This document shows, in pieces, positions 40,762-49,961 of a stretch of DNA of 64,000 bases. The first letter of the stretch is position 1, and each line of letters starts with the position of its first letter. Below the pieces are notes generated by a model. It made no database searches. It worked only from the letters and a program-made list of their open reading frames with translations, and was not told the DNA's origin. The DNA is taken from positions 62,001 to 126,000 of the IMG/VR virus record IMGVR_UViG_3300042558_003926. One strand, 5' to 3'. Both the position numbers and the translations under genes were made by a program.

Positions 40762-41595
40762 ATGGAAAAGATTAAAAAAGTTCTAGATTTTGTAACATCT
40801 AGAGGATTTATGCTAATAGCAATAGTAGTTTTGATTCTGCTTTTTTTAAGACAGTGCGGAGTTGCTAACGATGCAGAGAAAGAGGCCAAAAGGGAACATA
40901 ATAATTATTTAGCTTCGATAGATTCTGTTAGAACAATCAAAAAAGAAAGGGATCATGCAATATACGAGAAATCAGCTTTCCAGTTAAAAGTTAGCGAGCT
41001 TACTCAGGAGCAAACTGATCTAATTAAAGATCTAGGTCTTAAGAGTAACGGAAGAGGAACAACACCCAAGACTGTTATCCAATATGTTGTTGAATACAGG
41101 GAGGTTGTTAAAAATATACCTTCCACGGTGGATAAAGATCCTGACGGTAGCGAATCGATTACTTTTTTACATAATCCTGAACTAAAGGGGAAGAATAAAT
41201 TAAAGATAGCGGGTAAAGTTCCATATTCGGTTAATATATTGAGAGATTCAACAGATTCAACAAAATATTTCGCGGAAATAATACCCGGAGGAACAACTCT
41301 GGATATAGAGCAAAGTATTGATATAGTTACTGGGGTTTATATGGAGCCAAAGTCTAAAAGAATAATGACAAGGGTAAGTACAACATTTCCTAATTTAACT
41401 TTTAGTGAGATCAATTCTTTTGATATTACAGACAGTCCGGAAACAAGACAGCTAATGAAATCTGCTAGAAAACAATTTGGTCTGGGATTAAATCTTGGAT
41501 ATGGTCTTAACATGGGTACTAATGGAATAAATCCGGGTGTTTATGTTGGGATTGGTCTTCATTACTCTCCTAGATTTTTGCAATTTGGAAAATAA
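40762..41595 (+). CDS. Membrane-anchored coiled-coil protein with C-terminal amphipathic beta-hairpin (spanin-like candidate)
   Basis: N-terminal hydrophobic helix FMLIAIVVLILLFLRQC, coiled coil, C-terminal QFGLGLNLGYG...GVYVGIGLHY. Confidence 0.5.
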   Translation: MEKIKKVLDFVTSRGFMLIAIVVLILLFLRQCGVANDAEKEAKREHNNYLASIDSVRTIKKERDHAIYEKSAFQLKVSELTQEQTDLIKDLGLKSNGRGTTPKTVIQYVVEYREVVKNIPSTVDKDPDGSESITFLHNPELKGKNKLKIAGKVPYSVNILRDSTDSTKYFAEIIPGGTTLDIEQSIDIVTGVYMEPKSKRIMTRVSTTFPNLTFSEINSFDITDSPETRQLMKSARKQFGLGLNLGYGLNMGTNGINPGVYVGIGLHYSPRFLQFGK

Positions 41596-41603
41596 ATTAA
41601 AAA

Positions 41604-43916
41604 ATGGCTTTTACTACAACATCTAAATTTGTTCAGATTACTCCCTTTCTACTAATGGAGTACATGTATGCTGATGAGCCTACCCCTGAATCCTATTTCG
41701 TAAATACAGGATCAACCACGGTGGGCTATGAAAAACTTGTGAATGGATATCTAAGTAATGACATCCAGATTTTCAACCCTGGTGTTGATTATTCAATCAC
41801 TCATAATACTTCAGATGATAGTGTTGTTAGAATAAGCGAATCCTCTTTTGTTACCCTGGATTCAAATCTCATAATACCTTTTAACGATTATAGTGACGAG
41901 CTAACTAATACATCAAGTCTTCCGGTAACATTTCCCTCGAACTTATTAGTTGTTTATGATTCGGTAAGGTACCACATCAGAGCGGGATATAATTTGAATA
42001 ATATAGACGGCGTTGTCATGTCTATAGAATACCAGGATCAGGATCTATCATATGTTACTGTTTCTCAAATAGTAATTAAGAAAGGGACACAACAATTCTA
42101 TGTTTTAAATCCAAATCCTATAAACATAGGAGCAAATATTTACGACAAATACTTCGAGATTAAAATCCCTAATCTGAAAGATATGGGGGATAAATATCTA
42201 GCTGCTTCATCTACTTTTAAACCGCAGACTCTGGCTTCTTTAATAAGTAAAAGCGGGGATGGATTTGTATATGGTGCTCCTATTAGAATTAGTGCATGGC
42301 AGATTCAGAACACTGTCGATTTCAACGGATACGAAAGATATAACACCGCTAAAATATCTACTCTATCTTTAGAGCAGGAAGATCCTTTCGCTAATATAGG
42401 AGCAACAATAAAGGAATCTGATCAGGGACAATTCTTTGAATATTATGCAACTGATAACGAGGGATTTGTTGAGGATTTCATTCTTTTTCAAAACTCAATA
42501 GGGAATGGTTACTATATAAGCCACGAAATAGAGGTTCTTGAGCAAATTGGAGCAGCTTTGATAAAAACTTCACAGTTTCAGTCAATCCAGACCACAGCAT
42601 ATGACTCACCTAATTATTATAGGCCAATCGTTAAAAATGCCGGAGTTGCTGTTAGCTTTATGCTAAGATATACTATGTCCTTAATAAACAGTGTGGATCA
42701 ATCTAGAATTACCAGAATCTCCACTTACACTTCAAATAGTCCTTCTCAGTGGGGTACAACTATAACTCCTTTACAACTTAGCAATTTCCCGCAGGTTCAG
42801 AAGATATACAATAGAGTTTATGATCAGCCTCAAATTAATGTTTCAGGAGGATCTATGAACATTAGACCTAAGGAGATAGTTAAATACGTAAACGTTTTTG
42901 TCGATCAGAATTTTGTTACCGCAACAGTGAGCAATCTAAAATTTGCAAACAATAAATTAAGTTCAGAAAAAGGTGCTGGAGAAACTATAGCGTACGGAAC
43001 CGGTAAATTGACATTCTCTATATCTCCATTTGATAACTTCTATAAGTTCTCGTTTGTAAAAAGCGGACCGTCGGGAGACCCTGTTCAAATAGACCTTAGT
43101 AATTCGGGTAAATTTAATATCTCATTTGTCAATTCAAATGGGAATAAGATACAGGTTCCCGCACTAGATGATAAAAATTTAGCGGATCCGGTTAAGGGAG
43201 AATTAGCTTTCAAAATAGATGAATCTACATCAACACAGATTCTCCAACTGACAGATAGAAGATTCTTTGTTACCAACGGAACTACAGTAAACCCGGGGGT
43301 TAAAAGTGTTACTGATAGTACCAAAAAGAAAGTTGCAGCAGGAAAGAATGCTCTAGAAAATACAATTCAGGCTGTGGTACAAGCAAGGAGAGCACAGGCT
43401 AATGCTATAAAGGGCTCAAATGTAGTAGTTTCCCCTTCTACCGATAGTGTGCTTGGATCTGTTAATAACACAAATTCTGTTATGTATTGGGGCTATTGGA
43501 AGAAGGAAGGTGAGGAGGATTTTGTAACCGGAGCAACCGGAGATGCTTCGGTTTCTACGTTTACCTCAGGAACTAGTGGTAGCGGATTCATAGGAACTCT
43601 AGAATCACCAGCTACACCTTCGGTTAAATCTATTAAGCCTGCTTCAGGAACATCAGGAACTGCTTCGGTTGGAACACCTACTTCGGCTCAAACAAATCAA
43701 GTTCTAACTGGGGCTGCACTCATAGCAGCTCTAAGCGCTGAAATGGCAGGATATAAAGCTATTGGATGGAAGGATGCCATGATTGTTGATTACTTCTTAA
43801 TCCCAGGAAAGGCTGGAAGGATCAAATATCCAAATATAACTGTTGATGCTGTTATCAAGGCGGGTGACGGCATACTTGCTCCAGGAACAATTGACGACTT
43901 GAAAACAAGAAAATAA
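41604..43916 (+). CDS. Hypothetical structural protein
   Basis: 770-aa ORF in the structural operon; low-complexity C-terminal linker. Confidence 0.55.
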   Translation: MAFTTTSKFVQITPFLLMEYMYADEPTPESYFVNTGSTTVGYEKLVNGYLSNDIQIFNPGVDYSITHNTSDDSVVRISESSFVTLDSNLIIPFNDYSDELTNTSSLPVTFPSNLLVVYDSVRYHIRAGYNLNNIDGVVMSIEYQDQDLSYVTVSQIVIKKGTQQFYVLNPNPINIGANIYDKYFEIKIPNLKDMGDKYLAASSTFKPQTLASLISKSGDGFVYGAPIRISAWQIQNTVDFNGYERYNTAKISTLSLEQEDPFANIGATIKESDQGQFFEYYATDNEGFVEDFILFQNSIGNGYYISHEIEVLEQIGAALIKTSQFQSIQTTAYDSPNYYRPIVKNAGVAVSFMLRYTMSLINSVDQSRITRISTYTSNSPSQWGTTITPLQLSNFPQVQKIYNRVYDQPQINVSGGSMNIRPKEIVKYVNVFVDQNFVTATVSNLKFANNKLSSEKGAGETIAYGTGKLTFSISPFDNFYKFSFVKSGPSGDPVQIDLSNSGKFNISFVNSNGNKIQVPALDDKNLADPVKGELAFKIDESTSTQILQLTDRRFFVTNGTTVNPGVKSVTDSTKKKVAAGKNALENTIQAVVQARRAQANAIKGSNVVVSPSTDSVLGSVNNTNSVMYWGYWKKEGEEDFVTGATGDASVSTFTSGTSGSGFIGTLESPATPSVKSIKPASGTSGTASVGTPTSAQTNQVLTGAALIAALSAEMAGYKAIGWKDAMIVDYFLIPGKAGRIKYPNITVDAVIKAGDGILAPGTIDDLKTRK

Positions 43917-43919
43917 GAT

Positions 43920-44468
43920 ATGTTATTAAATCCGAAACAAAATAGTTTTTTCTTTCAGTTTCCCAAAGGATTCTTTCCGGAAATCATAGTTGAGAAGTAC
44001 TTACCTTATCTTAAAAAACAACCGATTCCGTACGACAGCCTTTCTCAGTATGTTAATAGCACTATTCAGACTATAAGCTTTCCTAGTTTACAATTGGATT
44101 CTGTAGAGCAGGTTAGACCGCTAGGTAAAAAGATCACTTATAAAGGATCTACACCGATACAGGATCTATTTAGTAAGGATCTTACGGTTCAGTTTAGATT
44201 AGTGGATGGCTTCATCAATTATTTTATATTACTAGATACGATTCTGTGGTATGTTAATTTTGCACAAGAGCAAGTTTTTATCCAGAATTTACCTTTAAGA
44301 ATTATGGATAGTGAGGGAAATATAGTTGTATCCGCTACTTTTCAACAAGCTATAATATCATCATTCTCGGAACTTCAATTTGCTTATACCGCTAATGCAG
44401 CTCAGGATGCTAATTTTACCATGGGATTTAAGTTCAACTACTTAGATGTAAAATTAGAAGCTAAGTAA
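43920..44468 (+). CDS. Tail-tube-fold protein (gp19/gp3-like)
   Basis: 182 aa; IQTISFPSL...DLTVQFRL...SFSELQF...FTMGFKFNY pattern typical of tube/terminator folds. Confidence 0.5.
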   Translation: MLLNPKQNSFFFQFPKGFFPEIIVEKYLPYLKKQPIPYDSLSQYVNSTIQTISFPSLQLDSVEQVRPLGKKITYKGSTPIQDLFSKDLTVQFRLVDGFINYFILLDTILWYVNFAQEQVFIQNLPLRIMDSEGNIVVSATFQQAIISSFSELQFAYTANAAQDANFTMGFKFNYLDVKLEAK

Positions 44469-44476
44469 GATATATA
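44469..44476 (+). promoter_or_regulatory. Late promoter motif GATATATA
   Basis: Immediately after a stop codon, upstream of 44495. Confidence 0.6.
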
Positions 44477-44494
44477 GATCAAATAAGGAAAGAA

Positions 44495-44734
44495 ATGAAA
44501 AAGTATTCAGAATTACAGGAACTAAACGAGATGAAATACGGTCAGCCACTTTTCACAGAAAAGGATCGTATGAAAAATCTATTGGTAGCAGCATCAGGGA
44601 ATGACCAAAGAGTTTTAAATGATCTAGTTAACTGTTTAACTGACGAGCAGATGAAGAAGTGCTACGATAAGCTTTCCCAAGTATATGGTTATACTGGAAG
44701 CACTGGTCAAAAAATAGTTCCACCTAGTCTATAA
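44495..44734 (+). CDS. Small putative internal head protein (CTS-like N-terminus MKKYSELQELNE)
   Basis: N-terminus resembles the T4 IP capsid-targeting sequence; late motif upstream. Confidence 0.5.
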   Translation: MKKYSELQELNEMKYGQPLFTEKDRMKNLLVAASGNDQRVLNDLVNCLTDEQMKKCYDKLSQVYGYTGSTGQKIVPPSL

Positions 44735-44739
44735 TTTTA

Positions 44740-45450
44740 ATGAATTTAGTCGGAATAGATTTTTCGATCAACTCGCCAGCTTTCTGTTGTCTTAAAGATG
44801 GTGTATACACATGGGGTTCTGTGACCAGATCCGAGCGATCCAAAGAATCCCTAATCAAGAACACAAAGAAGCCATATTACTGGTTAGACTGTGACCCAAA
44901 TTTTACTCTGGATTTTATAGAGAAACAAGATTTACCTGAAGACTATAGCGGAAGAGAAAGAATGAAGATAGGGTACTTTTTAAGCATCGTAGATGGACTT
45001 TGGGACAGCATTAAGGGTATAATGGGTAATTCAGATTTTAGTGTGGCTATGGAGGGTTTAAGCTTCTCTTCGAACGGAAACGCACTAATAGATATTTCGA
45101 TGGCAACATCTTTGCTAAGAGAAAGAATAATCAGAGAGGTTGGTGTGGATTCGTTTTACGTTTTCTCTCCAACCAGTATAAAAAAGTTTGCATTAAAGGG
45201 CAATGCTAAAAAAGATGAGCTTTACGAAGCTCTATGTAATTTTAAAGAGGACGAAACAAATTTAGAGGTATTTACTAGAATGTTAGCAACCAACAAGGAA
45301 GAATGGGTAACTAAAGCCAAACAGGTCAATAAACCCATTGATGATATTGTTGATGCAACTTGGATTAATTTGTATTTAAAAAAGGAATTAGAGGGAATTT
45401 ATGAAATTAAGAGAAAATTGGAAACCGAAAAAGCTTCTCCTACGATCTGA
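44740..45450 (+). CDS. RuvC-like Holliday junction resolvase
   Basis: VGIDFS (D), AMEG (E), PTSIKK..G.AKK and DDIVDA (DxxD) RNase H-fold motifs. Confidence 0.8.
   Translation: MNLVGIDFSINSPAFCCLKDGVYTWGSVTRSERSKESLIKNTKKPYYWLDCDPNFTLDFIEKQDLPEDYSGRERMKIGYFLSIVDGLWDSIKGIMGNSDFSVAMEGLSFSSNGNALIDISMATSLLRERIIREVGVDSFYVFSPTSIKKFALKGNAKKDELYEALCNFKEDETNLEVFTRMLATNKEEWVTKAKQVNKPIDDIVDATWINLYLKKELEGIYEIKRKLETEKASPTI
45253..45281 (+). promoter_or_regulatory. Putative middle promoter GAAAC-N18-TAGAAT inside the resolvase gene
   Basis: Same spacing as three intergenic copies; upstream of the gp32 leader. Confidence 0.5.
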
Positions 45451-45514
45451 TATCTTCGGAATCGTTATAAATAAAAAATCACGCAACGTTATAAATCTTA
45501 GGGATGGACCATAG
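45401..45514 (+). CDS. Putative 37-aa leader peptide MKLRENWKPKKLLLRSDIFGIVINKKSRNVINLRDGP*
   Basis: Translated by hand; GAGGG 5 nt upstream of the ATG; absent from the ORF track (<60 aa); ends within the structured leader. Confidence 0.4.
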   Translation: MKLRENWKPKKLLLRSDIFGIVINKKSRNVINLRDGP

Positions 45515-45555
45515 ATCCAATCCCTCTTATTGTGGGCTATCCAATCGTCCTAAGA
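45496..45555 (+). promoter_or_regulatory. Structured RNA leader of gp32 (alternative hairpins / possible pseudoknot)
   Basis: TCTTAGG/CCTAAGA outer stem; AGGGATGGA can pair with either TCCAATCCCT or TCCAATCGTCCT; followed by about 50 nt of A/T tract. Confidence 0.55.
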
Positions 45556-45607
45556 ATTGGAACAAAAATAAAAATTTAAATAAAAACTAAAATTAATTTA
45601 AAAAATC

Positions 45608-46582
45608 ATGAGCAATTTAGACATTTTTAATTTGGACGCAGAGTCATTTGTAACAAAGACTAACCAAGCAGGAGGATCGAAAGATCTTGAATTTTACAAG
45701 CCTTATCCAGAAGATGGAAAGGATGGAGTTTATAAATCATTAATCAGATTTATCCCTAATTCAGAAAACCCAGCAAAATCCAAAATCCACAAATACTATG
45801 TGTATTTGAACGACCCAGTAAGTGGAAATGGATTTGCAGTAGATTGTCCTTCAACAGTTGGTAAAAAATCTATTCTTAAGGACCTTTTCTGGAAATTGAA
45901 AAATTCACATTCAGCAGCTGATCAAGAATTGGCAAAGAGTTTTTCTAGAAAGGAAGATTTCTATTCACTAGTTCAAATCGTACAAGATAAGAACAACCCA
46001 GATTTAGAGGGAAAAATTATGATCTTTAAGTTTGGAAAGAAAATAAATGAAATGATTGAGGCACAGCTTCAGCCAGAGTATGGCGATGCTTGTAATCCTT
46101 ACGATCTTTTCGAAGGTAGAGAATTTGCTATCAGTGTAAGAAAAGTTGGTGAGTGGAATAACTACGACCTATGTTCATTCGTAGGTGAAAGAACACCAAT
46201 TAAAATCGAGGGATCACAAATGAAGAAAAACCAAGAGGATATGAATAAAATCTTGGAATACTTAAAGACAGGTCCTAGAAATCTATCATCTTTCGATTAC
46301 AAAGATTGGGATGACGAGGTAAACGATAAAGTTATGGCGGTAATCAGAAATACTGTACCAGAGCAAAGAATCGTAAACGAGATAGTAGGAGCTGTTTCTT
46401 CCGCACCTTCTAAACCAAATCCGGTTCAGCAGCCGCCAGTATCTACCCCTAGCTCATCTTCGCAAATGTTAGAAGAAGTTTCTAACACTAAAGTCGGAGG
46501 ACAAACACCGAAAGAGACCTCGTATGAAGCTCCTTCTACGTCGTCTTCTACATCATTAGATGATCTTTACGCAGATCTTTAA
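45608..46582 (+). CDS. Single-stranded DNA-binding protein (T4 gp32-like)
   Basis: LIRFIP, DCPSTVG, GKIMIFKFGKKI, NPYDLFEGREF, WNNYD; acidic tail LDDLYADL. Confidence 0.9.
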   Translation: MSNLDIFNLDAESFVTKTNQAGGSKDLEFYKPYPEDGKDGVYKSLIRFIPNSENPAKSKIHKYYVYLNDPVSGNGFAVDCPSTVGKKSILKDLFWKLKNSHSAADQELAKSFSRKEDFYSLVQIVQDKNNPDLEGKIMIFKFGKKINEMIEAQLQPEYGDACNPYDLFEGREFAISVRKVGEWNNYDLCSFVGERTPIKIEGSQMKKNQEDMNKILEYLKTGPRNLSSFDYKDWDDEVNDKVMAVIRNTVPEQRIVNEIVGAVSSAPSKPNPVQQPPVSTPSSSSQMLEEVSNTKVGGQTPKETSYEAPSTSSSTSLDDLYADL

Positions 46583-46596
46583 TTAAAATTATAAAT

Positions 46597-46629
46597 TGGG
46601 GGCAAGTCTCTGGGCTGCCCCCATTTTTT
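46597..46629 (+). terminator. Intrinsic terminator after gp32
   Basis: TGGGGGCA...TGCCCCCA stem followed by TTTTTT. Confidence 0.75.
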
Positions 46630-46634
46630 ATATT

Positions 46635-47699
46635 ATGGAGATATCAAAGGTAGAATCTTTAGTAAGAGAAGTTCTTACTAGACAATTTCCAGGTAATCCC
46701 GGAAAGCAGATAGTTTACAAAGCTGGAAACAGACTTAATGTATCCTGTCCGTATTGTGGGGATTCTAATGACTCCAGAAAGAAAAGGGGTAATTTTTACC
46801 TAGATACGTTAGCTTATAAGTGCTATAATGGTGGATGTGGTATCTATAAGGATTCTATAAGTTTCTTTAAGGATTTCTCCGTATATTCAAAATTATCCAG
46901 CAACGAAAAAAGTGAGATTAGATCAATACTAGATGAGAATAGAGGGAAGAGAAGAAGCGTGTATGGTAATATCGACATTTCTCTATTTTTCGAGAATGAT
47001 ATAAACGAAATTCTGATCAGCAGATCTGATTTTATGGAAAAGCTAGGTCTTCGTAATGTTTTCGGATCTACCATACAAAGATACATCCAGAGGAGACATC
47101 AGAAAATGGATAATCGATTTGCTTGGGATGCCAAGAAAGAAAAGATATTTTTATTCAATCTTACACCTGATGATAAGATAATTGGTCTACAGGTAAGAAA
47201 TATGCAATCAGTTAAAGGAAGTTCAAAGTATCTAACATATAAGCTGAGCGGAATATATGAAAAACTTCTTAGAGTTACCGACGAGGAAACTTTAAACCGT
47301 GCTAGAGAGGTTGATCCAATCTCCCATGTTTTTAATATAGGGACCCTGGATTTCAGCTCCCCTATTACTGTTTTTGAAGGACCAATGGATTCCTGGTTTT
47401 GGAACAATTCAGTAGGACTATGCTCCATAGAAAATAAGTTTCCGTTTGAGGTTGAAGGAGTTAGATATTGGTACGATTGGGATAGAGCTGGCATAGAAAA
47501 AAGCATGGACTTACTAAGTAAGGGGGTTTCTGTTTTTAATTGGGGAAAATTCTTAGAGGAAAATAACATAACAAAAAATAGAAAATGGGATTTGAATGAC
47601 TTGGTCGTTCATCTCAGATCAACCGGAAAAAAGATAAAGAGATTGGAAGGTTATTTTACTGATGATATATTAGACTTAAGATATTTTATCAATGAGTGA
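46635..47699 (+). CDS. DNA primase (T4 gp61-like)
   Basis: Zn ribbon CPYCGDS...YKCYNGGC; TOPRIM VFEGPMDS and YDWDRAG; WDLND. Start reassigned to ATG 46635. Confidence 0.9.
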   Translation: MEISKVESLVREVLTRQFPGNPGKQIVYKAGNRLNVSCPYCGDSNDSRKKRGNFYLDTLAYKCYNGGCGIYKDSISFFKDFSVYSKLSSNEKSEIRSILDENRGKRRSVYGNIDISLFFENDINEILISRSDFMEKLGLRNVFGSTIQRYIQRRHQKMDNRFAWDAKKEKIFLFNLTPDDKIIGLQVRNMQSVKGSSKYLTYKLSGIYEKLLRVTDEETLNRAREVDPISHVFNIGTLDFSSPITVFEGPMDSWFWNNSVGLCSIENKFPFEVEGVRYWYDWDRAGIEKSMDLLSKGVSVFNWGKFLEENNITKNRKWDLNDLVVHLRSTGKKIKRLEGYFTDDILDLRYFINE

Positions 47700-47931
47700 G
47701 GATGAAATAAATAAAAGAATAGAGGAATGGGAATCTAGCATAAATGTAGAGCTAAAGCCCAAACTTAAATACCCGCTCAAAATAATAGAATCGAATATTC
47801 TAAACGTGGATGTTGAATTTGTAGAACCCTCAATAGATCCACCTAAGGAAAAGACTAAGAAATCTTCCACCCAATCTTTTAAAGTGGTGGACATTTCAAA
47901 AAGAAAAAACAAAAACAAAAAACTATTCTAA
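47692..47931 (+). CDS. Small hypothetical protein
   Basis: 79 aa; overlaps the primase end and the UvsY start (translational coupling); basic C-terminus. Confidence 0.55.
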   Translation: MSEDEINKRIEEWESSINVELKPKLKYPLKIIESNILNVDVEFVEPSIDPPKEKTKKSSTQSFKVVDISKRKNKNKKLF

Positions 47932-48377
47932 TGTCAAGTTCAGAGAAAGCAGATTTTAATAAGTTATTCGAGATCGAAAGGTCCGAATGGAGGGAGAAAG
48001 TACAGGTCCTAGCGTTGGAGATGAAGGACATTAGGACTCTTGCTAAAGCACAGGTTGACTTATTCAGTCAAAGACAGGTACTTTTAGAGTACAGCTATAA
48101 GCTGGCTTCAATAGTTTCTAAATTAAATTCCAAATACAGAACGGAAAAATCTAGAAAATTAAAGGAGTACTCAGAGAAAAGTGACATTAGATACGGTGCA
48201 AATGAAAAAACGGTTCTGATCGAGGGAGACATTAGCGAGATAACAGAGAAGATTGAGCTAGTTGAGGGTCACCGAAAATTTATCGATCAAACAGTACAAA
48301 CATTAGATCATATGCTTTATGGTATTAAATCCAGAATATCTCTGGAAGAATATCTACGAGGATCTACTGTAAAATAA
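47931..48377 (+). CDS. uvsY: Recombination mediator UvsY-like
   Basis: 148-aa all-helical protein (...LIEGD...TLDHMLYGIKSRI) directly upstream of UvsW, as in T4-like phages. Confidence 0.65.
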   Translation: MSSSEKADFNKLFEIERSEWREKVQVLALEMKDIRTLAKAQVDLFSQRQVLLEYSYKLASIVSKLNSKYRTEKSRKLKEYSEKSDIRYGANEKTVLIEGDISEITEKIELVEGHRKFIDQTVQTLDHMLYGIKSRISLEEYLRGSTVK

Positions 48378-48386
48378 AATATATTT

Positions 48387-49925
48387 ATGTTAAGATTTCA
48401 AGTTTCGGAGGATCAGCAATGGATGATATTAGTAGAGGCTCTTGACGAGGTAGAGAAAAAGCAGATAGACATTTCATTAACACAAAAAATTCATAACTTC
48501 TATTTCCATCCTCTCGTTAAGAAGAAGATATGGGACGGAAGCATATGCTTCATAGAGAAAAAAGGAGGCATGTGGAAAATCCCGATAGGATTATGGAGGG
48601 AAGTACTAGAAATAGGTGAAAGATATCAAATAGAGATATCGATTAAAGGTCTAGAGGATATTATACTCAATAGCATTTCATTAGAGGATTTTACACAATG
48701 GGTTAATGATTTCTTCAAGGATGGGATAGGAGGGGATATTAATAAAAAACCAAGAGACTATCAAATAGAGACAGCCTGGAAGATTATTAGGTATAGATAT
48801 TCAGTTTCCGAGGTGGCAACATCATCAGGAAAGACCTTAATATCATTTATGATCTTTGCATACTTGAAATCTAAAGGGCTGATTCGAAAGTTTCTAATGA
48901 TTGTTCCTAATACAAATCTTGTTTTCCAAGGTAGCGACGATTTCGTAGATTATGGATTAGATAGGCTCGGAGTAAAAATTCAGCAGATAGGGGGAGGAAG
49001 CAAAATAAGAGAAGGGTGCGATCTAATAATAGGAACCTTCCAATCTCTGGTTAAGCAGGAATCTGATTTTTATGAGGGCATAGATGCAGTTTTTGTTGAC
49101 GAGGCACATCACACTAACAGTATGTCCATAAAGAAAATTGTAGCACATTGCATGGGATCTAAGTGGAGATTCGGTTTAACTGGAACACTAACGAAAAAAG
49201 GAACCGCTGATTATCTCACTATACAGCAATTTTTAGGTCCTCTGGTTGTAGAAATTCCACCGAGCTTCCTTTTTGATAACAATTATGCTACCCCGGTTTC
49301 GATTCGTGTTATTATTATGGACTGGCTTGAACCCGAATATAAGGATAAGCTAGCCGAACTTAAAACAAACTCAAATAATATTGAGGGGAATGAAATATAC
49401 AATATAGAGAGAAAACTTGTTGTTGAGAGCAAGAAAAGATTGAATTATATTGTTGATTTTATAAGTAAAGGATCTAAGAATTCCCTGGTCCTTTTTCAAT
49501 CAGTTAAAGACGAGTACGGAAAACAGATATGGAATCATCTGAGAGAAAAAAACAGGGACAAGGAGGTTTTTTATGTTGACGGTGACACCAGTGAGAATTT
49601 AAGGGAAGAATATAAGTCAAGAATGTCAGCAGGGGAGAATAAGGTTCTGGTAGCAACATATGGCACATTTTCTACGGGGATATCAATAAATAACATCCAT
49701 AATATTTTCCTAGTGGAGTCATACAAAAGTGAAATCCTGATCAAGCAGAGTTTAGGTAGGGGTATGAGAAAAATGGAGGGGAAAGAAAAGGTAAATGTCA
49801 TCGATTTCGTTGATGATTTTTCTACCGGAAAATACCAGAATTACCTTCTAAAGCACAGCAGGGAGAGAATCGAGATCTATAAAAGAGAATTATTTGAATA
49901 TAAGATCTACAATATAAAACTCTAA
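48387..49925 (+). CDS. uvsW: SF2 DNA helicase UvsW
   Basis: WDGSI, PRDYQ, ATSSGKT, DEAHH, GLTGT, TYGTFSTGISI, QSLGRGMR. Confidence 0.92.
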   Translation: MLRFQVSEDQQWMILVEALDEVEKKQIDISLTQKIHNFYFHPLVKKKIWDGSICFIEKKGGMWKIPIGLWREVLEIGERYQIEISIKGLEDIILNSISLEDFTQWVNDFFKDGIGGDINKKPRDYQIETAWKIIRYRYSVSEVATSSGKTLISFMIFAYLKSKGLIRKFLMIVPNTNLVFQGSDDFVDYGLDRLGVKIQQIGGGSKIREGCDLIIGTFQSLVKQESDFYEGIDAVFVDEAHHTNSMSIKKIVAHCMGSKWRFGLTGTLTKKGTADYLTIQQFLGPLVVEIPPSFLFDNNYATPVSIRVIIMDWLEPEYKDKLAELKTNSNNIEGNEIYNIERKLVVESKKRLNYIVDFISKGSKNSLVLFQSVKDEYGKQIWNHLREKNRDKEVFYVDGDTSENLREEYKSRMSAGENKVLVATYGTFSTGISINNIHNIFLVESYKSEILIKQSLGRGMRKMEGKEKVNVIDFVDDFSTGKYQNYLLKHSRERIEIYKRELFEYKIYNIKL

Positions 49926-49935
49926 TTTAAACGGG

Positions 49936-49943
49936 GATATATA
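49936..49943 (+). promoter_or_regulatory. Late promoter motif GATATATA
   Basis: Intergenic, heads the 49962-54015 cluster. Confidence 0.65.
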
Positions 49944-49961
49944 CATAAAAAGTTTTGTCTG

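Noticed and set aside
44740-45450. RuvC-fold ORF as a Cas12/TnpB or transposase
   Set aside because: Only 236 aa, no Zn finger, array or IS ends; context beside gp32 and primase indicates a resolvase
46596-46634. TTG start for the primase given in the ORF track
   Set aside because: This stretch is the gp32 terminator hairpin; ATG 46635 is more plausible
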